Shown here one piece after another: positions 1-8,735 of a DNA stretch of 36,578 nt. The position numbers and the translations under genes are program-made. The stretch spans positions 1 to 36,578 of the forward strand of contig JBAQYG010000018.1 in the NCBI GenBank assembly GCA_049299915.1. The letters run 5' to 3'. Every line of letters begins with the position of its first letter. Position 1 is the stretch's first letter. Source of the stretch: Minisyncoccia bacterium (GTDB taxonomy: Bacteria > Patescibacteriota > Minisyncoccia > UBA6257 > JAVHQB01). Under the pieces are notes generated by a model. That model did no database searches. It was given only the letters and a program-made list of their open reading frames with translations, and had not been told where the DNA came from.

Positions 1-1
1 T

Positions 2-511
2 CCTAAGGGAATTATTTTAGATTTAAGAAATAATCCTGGTGGTTATTTTGATTCAGCTCTACACTTAAGCAAATATTTTTTCACTCCTGGTTCAGTAGCT
101 GTTAAGGAGGACTTCGGCAACGGAGAAATCAAAGATTATAGAGTCTATGGTAATGCTATTTTTGCCTATTTACCTACAGTAGTTTTGGTAAACGAGGGTT
201 CTGCTTCTGCTTCAGAAATTTTAGCTGGAGCATTAAAAGATTTGAATAAAGCCGTCTTAGTTGGTCAGACTACTTATGGAAAAGGATCTGTACAAGAATT
301 AATCCCTCTTTCGTCAAATCAGAGCCTCAAACTTACTATCGCTCATTGGTTAACTCCTAATGGTACTCTCATTCAAGGTAAGGGTTTGGCACCCGATTAT
401 GTAGTTAAGAATGTTGAAACCGCTTCCTCGTCTTATGGTAAATTAGATACTAAGACTGATCTGCAATTTCAAAAAGCCATAGAAGTTATTTACTCACTAC
501 TCAATAAATAA
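2..511 (+). CDS. S41 family C-terminal processing peptidase, 3' portion (5' end outside window)
   Basis: Frame 2 is open from nt 2. The translation PKGIILDLRNNPGGYF...VVLVNEGSASASEILAGALKD...GQTTYGKGSVQ carries the S41 blocks LDLRNNPGG, GSASASE and YGKGSVQ. Confidence 0.85.
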   Translation, partial: PKGIILDLRNNPGGYFDSALHLSKYFFTPGSVAVKEDFGNGEIKDYRVYGNAIFAYLPTVVLVNEGSASASEILAGALKDLNKAVLVGQTTYGKGSVQELIPLSSNQSLKLTIAHWLTPNGTLIQGKGLAPDYVVKNVETASSSYGKLDTKTDLQFQKAIEVIYSLLNK

Positions 512-519
512 AATAAGAG

Positions 520-1008
520 ATGAAGGTTATTTTCCTTAAAAATGTTCCAGGAAAGGCTAGGGTAGGGGACATTAAAGAAGTTCCTATTGGTTATGCTAAT
601 AATTATTTATTACCTAATCATCTAGCCACAGCCGCTACTCCAAGTACTATTAAAGATGCCGCTTTAAAATTAGAGCAACAGAAAGAATCAGATGCCAAAG
701 AACTGGCCGAGTTAAAAGACATTGCTGAAAAAATAAAGAATCTTACTTTAAATTTTTCTCTCAAATTTTCTAGTAATAGTGATGATCTTACCAAAGAGGT
801 CCTTTCCGAAAAGGCTTATGATTCTGTTAGCGCCCAAAGAATAGCCGAAGCCTTAATGGACCAAGGATTCAAAGTTAATCGAAATCAAGTCTCTCTAGAT
901 AAACCCCTAAAAACTGTAGGACTTTTTGAAGTAGAAATTAAATTATTACCTAAGATAAAAACTCTTGTGAAAATAAATATCACTGGAACAACTAAAAACA
1001 CCCCGTAA
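520..1008 (+). CDS. rplI: 50S ribosomal protein L9
   Basis: MKVIFLKNVPGKARVGDIKEVPIGYANNYLLP matches the conserved L9 N-terminal domain; 162 aa. Confidence 0.9.
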   Translation: MKVIFLKNVPGKARVGDIKEVPIGYANNYLLPNHLATAATPSTIKDAALKLEQQKESDAKELAELKDIAEKIKNLTLNFSLKFSSNSDDLTKEVLSEKAYDSVSAQRIAEALMDQGFKVNRNQVSLDKPLKTVGLFEVEIKLLPKIKTLVKINITGTTKNTP

Positions 1009-1015
1009 GGGGTGT
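998..1015. terminator. Bidirectional stem-loop between convergent rplI and rpmA
   Basis: ACACCCC-GTAA-GGGGTGT is a perfect 7-bp stem overlapping the rplI stop codon. An A-run lies before it and T-rich sequence follows it. Confidence 0.6.
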
Positions 1016-1020
1016 TCTCT

Positions 1021-1302
1021 TTATTTCGTAACAACTACATTTGCTACTTTAATTTTCTTTCGATTTCCGTCATAATTAATCTTGGTCTTGTCAGAATAAG
1101 TTACCTTACCAGAAACAGCTGCATATAAAGTATCGTCACCACCCCTTTTTACATTCTTTCCAGGATAGTAATGAGAGCCTCGTTGTTTCAATATAAGTTC
1201 GCCAGCTTTAATAGATTGACCAGCGGTCTTTTTGATACCGAGATATTTAGATCGAGAATCTCTACCTAATTTTGTTGAGCCACCTGCCTTAGTATGTGCC
1301 AT
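1021..1302 (-). CDS. rpmA: 50S ribosomal protein L27
   Basis: MAHTKAGGSTKLGRDSRSKYLGIK...LKQRGSHYYPGKNV is the canonical L27 N-terminus. Confidence 0.95.
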   Translation of the reverse strand: MAHTKAGGSTKLGRDSRSKYLGIKKTAGQSIKAGELILKQRGSHYYPGKNVKRGGDDTLYAAVSGKVTYSDKTKINYDGNRKKIKVANVVVTK

Positions 1303-1324
1303 ATGCTAACTAATAAAAAGAATT

Positions 1325-1720
1325 ATGTTTAAGTTGTCTTTTAAGGACTGGCCTATATTAACAAAAACACGTCACTTTGTAAAGGAAAATGGGGGAATCC
1401 TTCTCCTAGGGCTTCTAGTAGTCTCTGTCATAATCGCTGTTTTCCTTTTGGGCATTATTACGGGTAAGAATGCCTTCAAAACAGAACCCATTCTTTTGGA
1501 AGGTGTCACTCCAGTAAACAACTTGCTACTTCAAGCCAATATCACCTCATTAAATAAAACATCAGAAAATGGTGCTTATGTAGCCAGCAGTAAGGGAAAA
1601 ATGTATTATCCAGTTAATTGCGGAGCAGCTAATAATCTTAAACAAGAAAATAGAATCTACTTTCAAACAGCCATTGAAGCCGAGACTGCTGGTTATAAGA
1701 GAAGTACTGCCTGTCCCTAA
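1325..1720 (+). CDS. Membrane-anchored hypothetical protein with a C-terminal Cys...Cys (Ada-like/'sunset'-type) motif
   Basis: One TM segment (GGILLLGLLVVSVIIAVFLLGII). The C-terminus YYPVNCGAANNLKQENRIYFQTAIEAETAGYKRSTAC fits the short pattern Y-x3-C-x9-N-x3-F-x5-EA-x2-AGY-x4-C recalled from memory. Confidence 0.5.
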   Translation: MFKLSFKDWPILTKTRHFVKENGGILLLGLLVVSVIIAVFLLGIITGKNAFKTEPILLEGVTPVNNLLLQANITSLNKTSENGAYVASSKGKMYYPVNCGAANNLKQENRIYFQTAIEAETAGYKRSTACP

Positions 1721-1733
1721 TCGTTTAGCAATC

Positions 1734-2852
1734 CTAATTTAAAGAATCTAAATCTTCTTCCTTGCGAGCAGCTAGGACGATTTTTTTGAAGCTATCCGGT
1801 AATTCTTGCAACACTTCTTCCATTACTTTTTGATTTACCATTAAAACTTGTTCTAATCGATTGAGAGGACCAAGGGTTTCTATTATTTGATTAATATTAT
1901 AAGTAATTCTTTTTCCCGAAACTTTTTTCAAAGTTCCTGTTTTACCACTAATCTGAGCAATATTATTTTTCTTACAATACTCATTAATTTGTTCTTTAAT
2001 CTCTTTCAACCTTTGATTGAGCTGGTAATTCTTTTTTTGCAAAGAAAAGTATTCATCTACTAAAAGAGAGACTTTTCTACCAGTTAAATTAGTCTGTACA
2101 TAATAATCATGCCATACAGGGCAACGTCTTCTATAACCACACCAATCACACAGCTTTGAGGGGGTAGGGGTAAAATCACTTTTAAAAATGTTTAAAATAC
2201 CCTCCTTTATTTCTTGTTTTGTTTTCTCCAAGTGGCTGGCAGTCCTTTTACTAGTAACTTTTAATCCTGGTTTTAAAAAGTAGAGCGATAGATCAATATT
2301 CTTAGGCTCTAACTTGGGCCAAAAATTTAGGAGACCTAATGCATAAATAGAAAGCTGTAAATCTTTGTCAGTATCTTTTTGAGAGGGGACTCGCTTGCCA
2401 GTTTTATAGTCAATGATTTCGTAACGATTATTTCCTAACGAATCCACTCGATCAATAATACCAGACAGATGATGCTTTTCTCCATTAACATCAAAATCTA
2501 AAATAAAATGTTTTTCTAATTCTAGTATAACGGATTGAAGGGGAGTATTTGCTGTGTAAAAAGATTCTAATTGACGTATACCTTCATTAAGATAATTTTC
2601 AGCATCTTTATTATTCTTCCATCCAAATTCATCTGGCTTGGGCCAGTTTTCTTTATAATGATCAAGGAGCTGTTCTAGGGTAGGGAAGTCTGGATCATTT
2701 TCATAAAACCAATGTAAAACTTCATGGATATAGCTCCCAAAAACAGCCTCCCTAGTTTTAGGTTCTTTTATCTTTTCTATTTCACTAAATTTATATTTCT
2801 GAGGACAATTTTTAAAAGCCTCAAGAGATGAGTAAGAAACTTTCATGAACAA
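1734..2852 (-). CDS. PD-(D/E)XK (RecB/Cas4-like) nuclease with four-Cys cluster
   Basis: GIIDRVD...YEIIDYKTGK and QLSIYALG are RecB-nuclease motifs. An N-terminal Cys (KNCPQKY) plus C-terminal CDWCGYRRRCP give a Cas4/AddB-type Cys pattern. The tracked start is TTG at 2852; ATG at 2846 is more likely. Confidence 0.8.
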   Translation of the reverse strand: MFMKVSYSSLEAFKNCPQKYKFSEIEKIKEPKTREAVFGSYIHEVLHWFYENDPDFPTLEQLLDHYKENWPKPDEFGWKNNKDAENYLNEGIRQLESFYTANTPLQSVILELEKHFILDFDVNGEKHHLSGIIDRVDSLGNNRYEIIDYKTGKRVPSQKDTDKDLQLSIYALGLLNFWPKLEPKNIDLSLYFLKPGLKVTSKRTASHLEKTKQEIKEGILNIFKSDFTPTPSKLCDWCGYRRRCPVWHDYYVQTNLTGRKVSLLVDEYFSLQKKNYQLNQRLKEIKEQINEYCKKNNIAQISGKTGTLKKVSGKRITYNINQIIETLGPLNRLEQVLMVNQKVMEEVLQELPDSFKKIVLAARKEEDLDSLN

Positions 2853-2880
2853 AAAACCTTGTCGCCAGTTGGCTACGAGG
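2850..2880 (-). terminator. Terminator-like hairpin plus U6 abutting the nuclease start codon
   Basis: The minus-strand RNA CCUCGUAGCCAACUGGCGACAAGG-UUUUUUG ends 3 nt before ATG 2846. The stem has one C.A mismatch on this strand. Confidence 0.3.
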
Positions 2881-2928
2881 GAAATAAATAAAGGGCAGTA
2901 ATTCCACCCAAAAATGTTTAATAATTAT

Positions 2929-2957
2929 ATTCTAGTTAAAATATCTCTAAATAGCAA
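2929..2957 (-). promoter_or_regulatory. Candidate sigma-70-type promoter for the nuclease gene
   Basis: The minus strand reads TTGCTA-N17-TAGAAT. Confidence 0.3.
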
Positions 2958-3026
2958 ATAGTGAGCATTGACCTAGGAATCCTCGGGGGAAGGGCCTTAA
3001 TAAGGGCTATTGTGAAATACAGACAA

Positions 3027-3086
3027 TGTCGCACAAGATAGCTTTTGCGACATATACCTATATTAAACAAGGGGCATACGCCCCTT
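3027..3086 (-). terminator. Two stem-loops downstream of the gltX/small-membrane-protein unit
   Basis: AAGGGGC-GUAU-GCCCCUU (3086->3069) is followed by GUUUAAUAU. It is then followed by UGUCGCA-N12-UGCGACA (3052->3027). Confidence 0.5.
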
Positions 3087-3119
3087 TGCCCTAAAAACCT
3101 ATTTATTGTATCTAATCCT

Positions 3120-3443
3120 TTAATTGAAAGTTTTAGCTAACAGATCAAAAAACATTTTAAATATTCCTACTATGAATTCCCACATCCCCTTAAGAAACTT
3201 TAAACAAATAGCTATGAAGTCACTTGTGAAGATTTGTCTGAATAACTCCCCTACCTGTTTAGCAAATGTCGTAAAAAATAGGGTAACCTTATCTACCCAA
3301 GGAGTAATTTTTTCCGCATTAAATTCTTCGTAATTAAACTTAGTTGTACTAGTAGCACTTAAAGATATCTTATAACCAACAACCAAAACGCCTAAGATAA
3401 CCAAAATTATTATAACCAATAAAATTTTTGATTTTCTGCTCAT
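3120..3443 (-). CDS. Small hypothetical membrane protein
   Basis: 107-aa ORF 6 nt downstream of gltX with an N-terminal TM segment ILLVIIILVILGVLVVGY. No recognisable family. Confidence 0.5.
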   Translation of the reverse strand: MSRKSKILLVIIILVILGVLVVGYKISLSATSTTKFNYEEFNAEKITPWVDKVTLFFTTFAKQVGELFRQIFTSDFIAICLKFLKGMWEFIVGIFKMFFDLLAKTFN

Positions 3444-3448
3444 GTTAT

Positions 3449-4990
3449 TTAAATTATTAATGGTAGTATTAAATTACGAGCAGATTCTAAACGTTTCAAA
3501 GATTCGGTTTTTCCTAATACCATGATAATTTCAGCTGGAGTTGGAGAAGATTCTTTTCCAGATAAAGCTACTCTTAAGGGCCAAAATAATAATCCTTTGT
3601 CCTGGTTATAGGGTGCTTTGCTATCTACAAAATCATTAAAAACTTTTTGCAAGGTAGTGTAATCGTAAGTATCCAAATTCAAAGCGCTTATAATATCTAC
3701 GGCATAATTTAAAGCCAAAATCACTTCTTGCCACGGAGCATTATGCCATCTTAAAAGCTCTGGAGAGTAGTTCAGATCGTCTTTGAACAAATATTCGGCT
3801 ATGCTACTAAAGTCGCTAATTTTGGCCAAACGGGAGCGTTCCAGGGCTATTGCCCCAGTTATGTAATTCAAATCTATGACTCTTTGGCTACCAGATATAG
3901 AATAGCTAACTTTATCTGGATTTACTTCAATCAAATGATTGTCTACTAAACTTTTAACGGCTGGTTCTATTAAAGTTTGAGGATTTAATGATTTAAAATA
4001 TTGAAGATTAAACCAATCTAATTTCTGTACATTAAAAATAGCACCACTTTTTTGCAGTCTTTCGATACTGAATTCTTTGATAAGAGCCTCTAGATCATAT
4101 AATTCTCGATTGTCTGAAGGATGCCAACCAAGCATGGCTATAAAATTAACTAAAGCCGGTGGAAGATAACCTTCTTCTTGGTAATCTTTAATGCTTACTG
4201 TGCCATGTCTTTTACTCATTTTAGAACGATCTGGCCCTAAAATTAAAGGTAAATGAGCAAACACTGGAGAATCGAAGTCTAGGGCAGCAGCAATGGCCAT
4301 TTGTTTGGGAGTATTCGAAAGATGATCTTCTCCTCGAATGACGTGAGTAATTTTCATTAAAGTATCGTCTACCACTACGGCAAAATTATACAAAGGGGTA
4401 TCTAGATTTTTAGCAATAATAATATCACCCACCAAATTTAAATCGGCTTTTACCTCTCCCCTAATCAAATCTTTAAATTTTACTATCGTTTGGGGCATTC
4501 TAAAACGAATCACGGCCTCCTTCCCTTCATCAAGATTTTTCTGGACAATTTCTTTGTCTAATCTCCCGCATTTACCGCTATATTTTGGCTGTTCTCCCCT
4601 AGCTAAAGATTCTTGTTTTTGAGCTTCTAATTCATCTGGTGTACAAAAACAATAATAAGCTTTATCTTCATCTAAAAGCTGCTGTAAATATTTTCGATAC
4701 AAAGCAGTTCTTTCTGTTTGCCTATAGGGGCCATAATCTCCACCCACGTCGGGACCTTCATCCCAAGTAATTCCTAACCATTTCAAACCTTTTATAATAT
4801 CTTCCTCATATTCTTTGCTGGATCGTTCTAAGTCAGTATCCTCAATACGTAAAATAAACTTACCACCATAATGTTTGGCGGTTAAATAATTAAATAAAGC
4901 AGTTCTAGCTGTACCTATGTGAAGCCAACCAGTTGGACTGGGGGCCATTCTTACTCGGATATCTTTTAAATTAGTTTCTTTATCTTCCAT
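3449..4990 (-). CDS. gltX: Glutamyl-tRNA synthetase
   Basis: RVRMAPSPTGWLHIGTARTALFNYL (HIGH region) and KMSKRHG (KMSKS) are class I GluRS motifs; 513 aa. Confidence 0.95.
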   Translation of the reverse strand: MEDKETNLKDIRVRMAPSPTGWLHIGTARTALFNYLTAKHYGGKFILRIEDTDLERSSKEYEEDIIKGLKWLGITWDEGPDVGGDYGPYRQTERTALYRKYLQQLLDEDKAYYCFCTPDELEAQKQESLARGEQPKYSGKCGRLDKEIVQKNLDEGKEAVIRFRMPQTIVKFKDLIRGEVKADLNLVGDIIIAKNLDTPLYNFAVVVDDTLMKITHVIRGEDHLSNTPKQMAIAAALDFDSPVFAHLPLILGPDRSKMSKRHGTVSIKDYQEEGYLPPALVNFIAMLGWHPSDNRELYDLEALIKEFSIERLQKSGAIFNVQKLDWFNLQYFKSLNPQTLIEPAVKSLVDNHLIEVNPDKVSYSISGSQRVIDLNYITGAIALERSRLAKISDFSSIAEYLFKDDLNYSPELLRWHNAPWQEVILALNYAVDIISALNLDTYDYTTLQKVFNDFVDSKAPYNQDKGLLFWPLRVALSGKESSPTPAEIIMVLGKTESLKRLESARNLILPLII

Positions 4991-5054
4991 CCTTTTCTAT
5001 TAAGATCTTTTGTAATTGTTTTTTATTATAATACTCCTAAGGTTTTTAGTCAAT

Positions 5055-6227
5055 TTAACTGAAAATATCTTGAACAATTGTTTCGGCAATAGTTTTAGCC
5101 GCTTGCTTATGATCTAGTCCTAAAGCCTTTGATTTAACGGCTATCAAATTCAATCTTTCTGGGCTATGGAGTAGATTTATTATCGTCTGGGTTAAAGTAT
5201 TAGCCTTGAGATTCTCTTGTTCCAAAATAATCCCTGCCCCTTCATTGGCTATGGCACTAGCATTCTTCCATTGATGATTTTGACTAGCGCTAGAGAGTGG
5301 AATAAGTATCATGGGCTTTCCCATAGCCGATAATTCGGCAATAGAGCCACTACCGGAACGAGTCACCACTAAATCTGCACTACCCAATACTTTATAGAGA
5401 GATCTTATTCCTGCCGCTTCTTGTTCATCCAAAAAAGCGACTGGATGATAATCTAATTTTTGAGATTGTTCAGTACCTAGATTTTGAAAAACTACTTCAG
5501 CCATTTGCACTGTCATTTCAAAATTATTGGGACCAGTCTGATGAACTATTTGGCATTCAGGTAATAATTCTTCTAAAGATTCTATAACCAAATTATTTAT
5601 AAATTGTGCCCCTTGCGAACCACCTAAAAACAAAACAACTGGCTTATCTAATTTTAAGCCCACCTCATTTTTGCAACTAATCGCATTATATGGTTCATAA
5701 AAATTGTCTCTTACGGGACTTCCTGAAAGATAGGTTTTTCCGGCAGGAAAAGAAGATAAGGCTGAGCGAAAACTCACAAAAATCTTCCGAGCACTTTTTT
5801 TAAACAAATTATTAACTAATCCAGGTACAGTATCTGATTCGTGTTCGTAGAACGAAATATGAAACAGACTGGCTACCAGAGATATCGGAAAAGCTCCAAA
5901 GCCGCCTTTGGATAGAATCGCGTCTGGCATATAAACGAAAGTCCAAAAGAATGCTTGCCAAAACCCAATAAACGTTTTAAATCCATCGATTACATTAGCG
6001 AACGAAAAGTAACGGCGTAATTTACCTGCTAAAATTGGTCTTATTTTCACTCCTTCAGAAAGTAATGATTTAGTCGTATAGTCTGTTGGCCCTATATAAA
6101 CTAGATTTATTCCCAAATTATTATCTTTGGCTATTTTATTTAATTCTCGCGCTATGGCTACCAAGGGATAAACGTGACCCCCAGTACCTCCTCCGGTAAG
6201 AATTATTTTAATATTTTTATGAGACAT
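5055..6227 (-). CDS. murG: UDP-GlcNAc:lipid I N-acetylglucosaminyltransferase MurG
   Basis: N-terminal ILTGGGTGGHVYPLVAIA G-loop, GGSQGA, and RSGSGSIAELSAMGKPMILIP. It lies adjacent to ftsW. Confidence 0.9.
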   Translation of the reverse strand: MSHKNIKIILTGGGTGGHVYPLVAIARELNKIAKDNNLGINLVYIGPTDYTTKSLLSEGVKIRPILAGKLRRYFSFANVIDGFKTFIGFWQAFFWTFVYMPDAILSKGGFGAFPISLVASLFHISFYEHESDTVPGLVNNLFKKSARKIFVSFRSALSSFPAGKTYLSGSPVRDNFYEPYNAISCKNEVGLKLDKPVVLFLGGSQGAQFINNLVIESLEELLPECQIVHQTGPNNFEMTVQMAEVVFQNLGTEQSQKLDYHPVAFLDEQEAAGIRSLYKVLGSADLVVTRSGSGSIAELSAMGKPMILIPLSSASQNHQWKNASAIANEGAGIILEQENLKANTLTQTIINLLHSPERLNLIAVKSKALGLDHKQAAKTIAETIVQDIFS

Positions 6228-6232
6228 AGATG

Positions 6233-7339
6233 TTAGTTTCTGTGTTTAACAGTATTAAAAATAAAACCAAGACTCATGGCCATTATAGCTAAATTGGATT
6301 TTCCATAGCTCACAAATGGTAAGGGTAATCCTGTCACTGGTAGTAAACCAATATTAACGGCTATAGTAACCAGGGCTTGAATACCTATAGAAAAGACTAA
6401 CCCTATAACTGCGTAGCGAGCAAATAAATCTGAAGTGTTCATGGCTAAACCAAAACCGCTGCTAATAAAAATTAAGTATAAAAGAATTAATAGTAAAGAA
6501 CATATGAAACCACTCTCTTCGGCAAAAATAGCAAAAATATAATCACTGAATCCCAAAGGTAAATATTGGTACTTTTTAACCGACTCGAAGTAACCTACTC
6601 CCAATAATTTTCCCGAACCAATACCTTCCAATGATTCTTCTTTCTGTTGTAATTTGCTTGGATCGGCTCTTTCAGGAAAAAAGGTTATAAGAATTCTTTC
6701 TAAACGATAGCCTTTTCCAAATATGAGCAAACAACCACCTAGAATTATAAATAAAAGGAGAAGAATAATTAAATGTTTCAATCGCATACCAGCGACTAGA
6801 TACATGGTGACAGCTATTAAACCTATGAGCACTACTATACTAGTAGATGGCTGTAAAATTAGAGGAATGCTAACGAAGGCTAATATAAGAAGAAAGGGTA
6901 AAACTCCTTTTTTAAAACTTCTTAAATTAGATAAGGGATTTTTGGCTAACCAGGCTGCTAAAAAAATTATATAAAAAAATCTTAATACTTCTGATGGTTG
7001 TAAAGATAGTGGCCCTATGCTCAACCATCTACGAGAACTAGTTCCTTCTAGTCCTAATTGAGGTATAAAAGCCAAAAGAACTAATATAAGACTAATTCCT
7101 AACCAGAAAGGAGATGTTTTCTGCCAAAAACGATAAGGTATTTTATAAAATATGAACCCCACTATTAACGCTACCCCTAGGCCTATTAAGTATTGTTGTT
7201 TAACATAATAAAATGGATCACCATAAGCCCTAGCACCAGATTCTGAAGAGGCTGAAACAAGAGCTAAAAAACCGACAACCAAAAGAAGAATGGTTGCAAC
7301 CAAAAAAAGTATTCCAATTGGTTTCTTGGATGAAGGCAT
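6233..7339 (-). CDS. ftsW: SEDS family peptidoglycan polymerase FtsW/RodA
   Basis: Polytopic membrane protein with SLQPSEVLRF and GLPLPFVSYGKSN SEDS motifs. Calling it ftsW rather than rodA rests only on murG adjacency. Confidence 0.8.
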   Translation of the reverse strand: MPSSKKPIGILFLVATILLLVVGFLALVSASSESGARAYGDPFYYVKQQYLIGLGVALIVGFIFYKIPYRFWQKTSPFWLGISLILVLLAFIPQLGLEGTSSRRWLSIGPLSLQPSEVLRFFYIIFLAAWLAKNPLSNLRSFKKGVLPFLLILAFVSIPLILQPSTSIVVLIGLIAVTMYLVAGMRLKHLIILLLLFIILGGCLLIFGKGYRLERILITFFPERADPSKLQQKEESLEGIGSGKLLGVGYFESVKKYQYLPLGFSDYIFAIFAEESGFICSLLLILLYLIFISSGFGLAMNTSDLFARYAVIGLVFSIGIQALVTIAVNIGLLPVTGLPLPFVSYGKSNLAIMAMSLGFIFNTVKHRN

Positions 7340-7377
7340 GTCTCCATTATAGCTAAACCTTTTTAAAATACCAAATT

Positions 7378-7403
7378 AAAAGACACCTATTGAGGTGTCT
7401 TTT
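7378..7403 (-). terminator. Intrinsic terminator after rpsI
   Basis: Minus-strand AAAGACACCU-CAAU-AGGUGUCUUU followed by UAAUUUGG; 10-bp stem. Confidence 0.6.
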
Positions 7404-7413
7404 ATGTAAATGA

Positions 7414-7782
7414 TTAACGTTTTCTCCACTGAGTAGCTCGACGAGCTTTTCTTAGACCGTATTTCTTTCTTTCAACGGCACGACTGTCTCGAGTCATAAG
7501 TCCAGCGGCTTTTAAAACTGTTCTATTGGCCTTATCTATAATAACGAGGGCACGACTAATAGCCATAGCAGAGGCGTCTGCTTGACCATTGTATCCCCCA
7601 CCCTTTACTAATAAACTAATTCCGTAGCCATTTAAAACATTGGTTAATTTAAGGGGTCTAACAATTTTCGCTTGCAAACTTTCCAGAGCAAAATATTCAT
7701 CTAGAGCTTTGCCATTAACTATCATACCAGTCTGTTTTGGAAAAAGTCTTACTCGAGCTATGGCTAATTTACGTCTACCCAA
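7414..7782 (-). CDS. rpsI: 30S ribosomal protein S9 (start as tracked = TTG; see finding on in-frame TAA)
   Basis: GRRKLAIARVRL...GGGYNGQADA...RDSRAVERKKYGLRKARRATQWRKR is canonical S9. S9-like sequence (TGTYIEAL) continues in frame upstream of the TTG. Confidence 0.9.
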   Translation of the reverse strand: MGRRKLAIARVRLFPKQTGMIVNGKALDEYFALESLQAKIVRPLKLTNVLNGYGISLLVKGGGYNGQADASAMAISRALVIIDKANRTVLKAAGLMTRDSRAVERKKYGLRKARRATQWRKR

Positions 7783-7824
7783 GGCTTCGATATAAGTACC
7801 GGTAAAGCTATCAGCTTTAGAAAC

Positions 7825-7950
7825 TTATTTTTCTTTTTTAGGAGAAATCTTTTTGATTGGTTTTGGTTTGGCAGCCACTGGCTCACCAGCCAAAATCTTA
7901 GTTTTTGGATTTTTTACTTCTGTTGTACTTTTTTCTTTAGTAGCCATCAT
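7825..7950 (-). other. 41-codon Lys/Pro-rich ORF in the same frame as rpsI, separated from it by a single TAA
   Basis: ATG ATG at 7950 gives MMATKEKSTTEVKNPKTKILAGEPVAAKPKPIKKISPKKEK, with TAA at 7827-7825. Fourteen in-frame sense codons (VSKADSFTGTYIEA) then lead into the S9 core. Confidence 0.5.
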
Positions 7951-7968
7951 ATAATTTAAAATGTCACC

Positions 7969-8334
7969 TTAAAGGTTTATGGTTAAATTTTTCATGCGTA
8001 AATTACGTAACTTATTCTCAGGAAGCATACCAAAAACTGCTTTATAAAAAACTTTAGTTGGGTCTTTATCCCACAATTGTTCTAAACTAGTAGATTTTAA
8101 ATGGCCCACATAGCCAACTGTATGACGATAATAAAGTTTCTGGGTTTGTTTTTTTCCAGTCACTAAAATGTGAAGGATATTATTAACCACTACTTTAACA
8201 TTACCAGTTTGGTTATTGGTGAAATCAACTTTTTCCTTGCCCTGAAGAATCTTGGCTACCTTGGAAGCTAATCTACCCAGAGTTTCTCCGGTTGCATCGA
8301 AAGTTATTGTGTCATTTGTTTGCTTGTGTACCAT
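7969..8334 (-). CDS. rplM: 50S ribosomal protein L13
   Basis: DATGETLGRLASKVAKILQGK...YYRHTVGYVGHLK are L13 motifs, and the rplM-rpsI order is conserved. Confidence 0.9.
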   Translation of the reverse strand: MVHKQTNDTITFDATGETLGRLASKVAKILQGKEKVDFTNNQTGNVKVVVNNILHILVTGKKQTQKLYYRHTVGYVGHLKSTSLEQLWDKDPTKVFYKAVFGMLPENKLRNLRMKNLTINL

Positions 8335-8355
8335 ATTATATACTTTTGCTCTTAA

Positions 8356-8709
8356 TTAATCTAATAGAGAAATAATTGCTTGTTCTGACTGGTCTTTGGT
8401 CTTTCTTTCGGCTAATTTTATAATACGAGTGTAACCACCTTGGCGTTTGGCCATTTTAGGAGCTATCTCATAATAAAGCTTGTCAGCTGCCTTCGCGGGT
8501 AATCTTTGTTTTAACAATCTGAAAGAAGCTAAGTTTTGTTTCTTAGCCAAAGTAATCAAGTGTTCTACTTTGATAGCCACTGATTTAGCCTTAGCCGTAC
8601 TAGTTTGTAATCGTCCTTTGACGATTAAATCACCCGCTAAGTTTTTCAGAAGGGCTACTCTTTGATTTTTTTTAACTCCGAATTTTCTTAATTTCTGAAG
8701 ATGGCGCAT
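8356..8709 (-). CDS. rplQ: 50S ribosomal protein L17
   Basis: MRHLQKLRKFGVKKNQRVALLKNLAGDLI is the L17 N-terminus, and the gene lies downstream of rpoA. Confidence 0.9.
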   Translation of the reverse strand: MRHLQKLRKFGVKKNQRVALLKNLAGDLIVKGRLQTSTAKAKSVAIKVEHLITLAKKQNLASFRLLKQRLPAKAADKLYYEIAPKMAKRQGGYTRIIKLAERKTKDQSEQAIISLLD

Positions 8710-8735
8710 ACTAAAAATTAATCAGAATAAAATTA

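Noticed and set aside
2853-3119. 267-nt gene-free spacer examined for a housekeeping ncRNA (SRP RNA, 6S, RNase P, tmRNA)
   Set aside because: No conserved motif of these RNAs could be recognised by eye. The content is adequately explained by terminator hairpins, a candidate promoter and a leader hairpin. A covariance-model scan would still be worthwhile.
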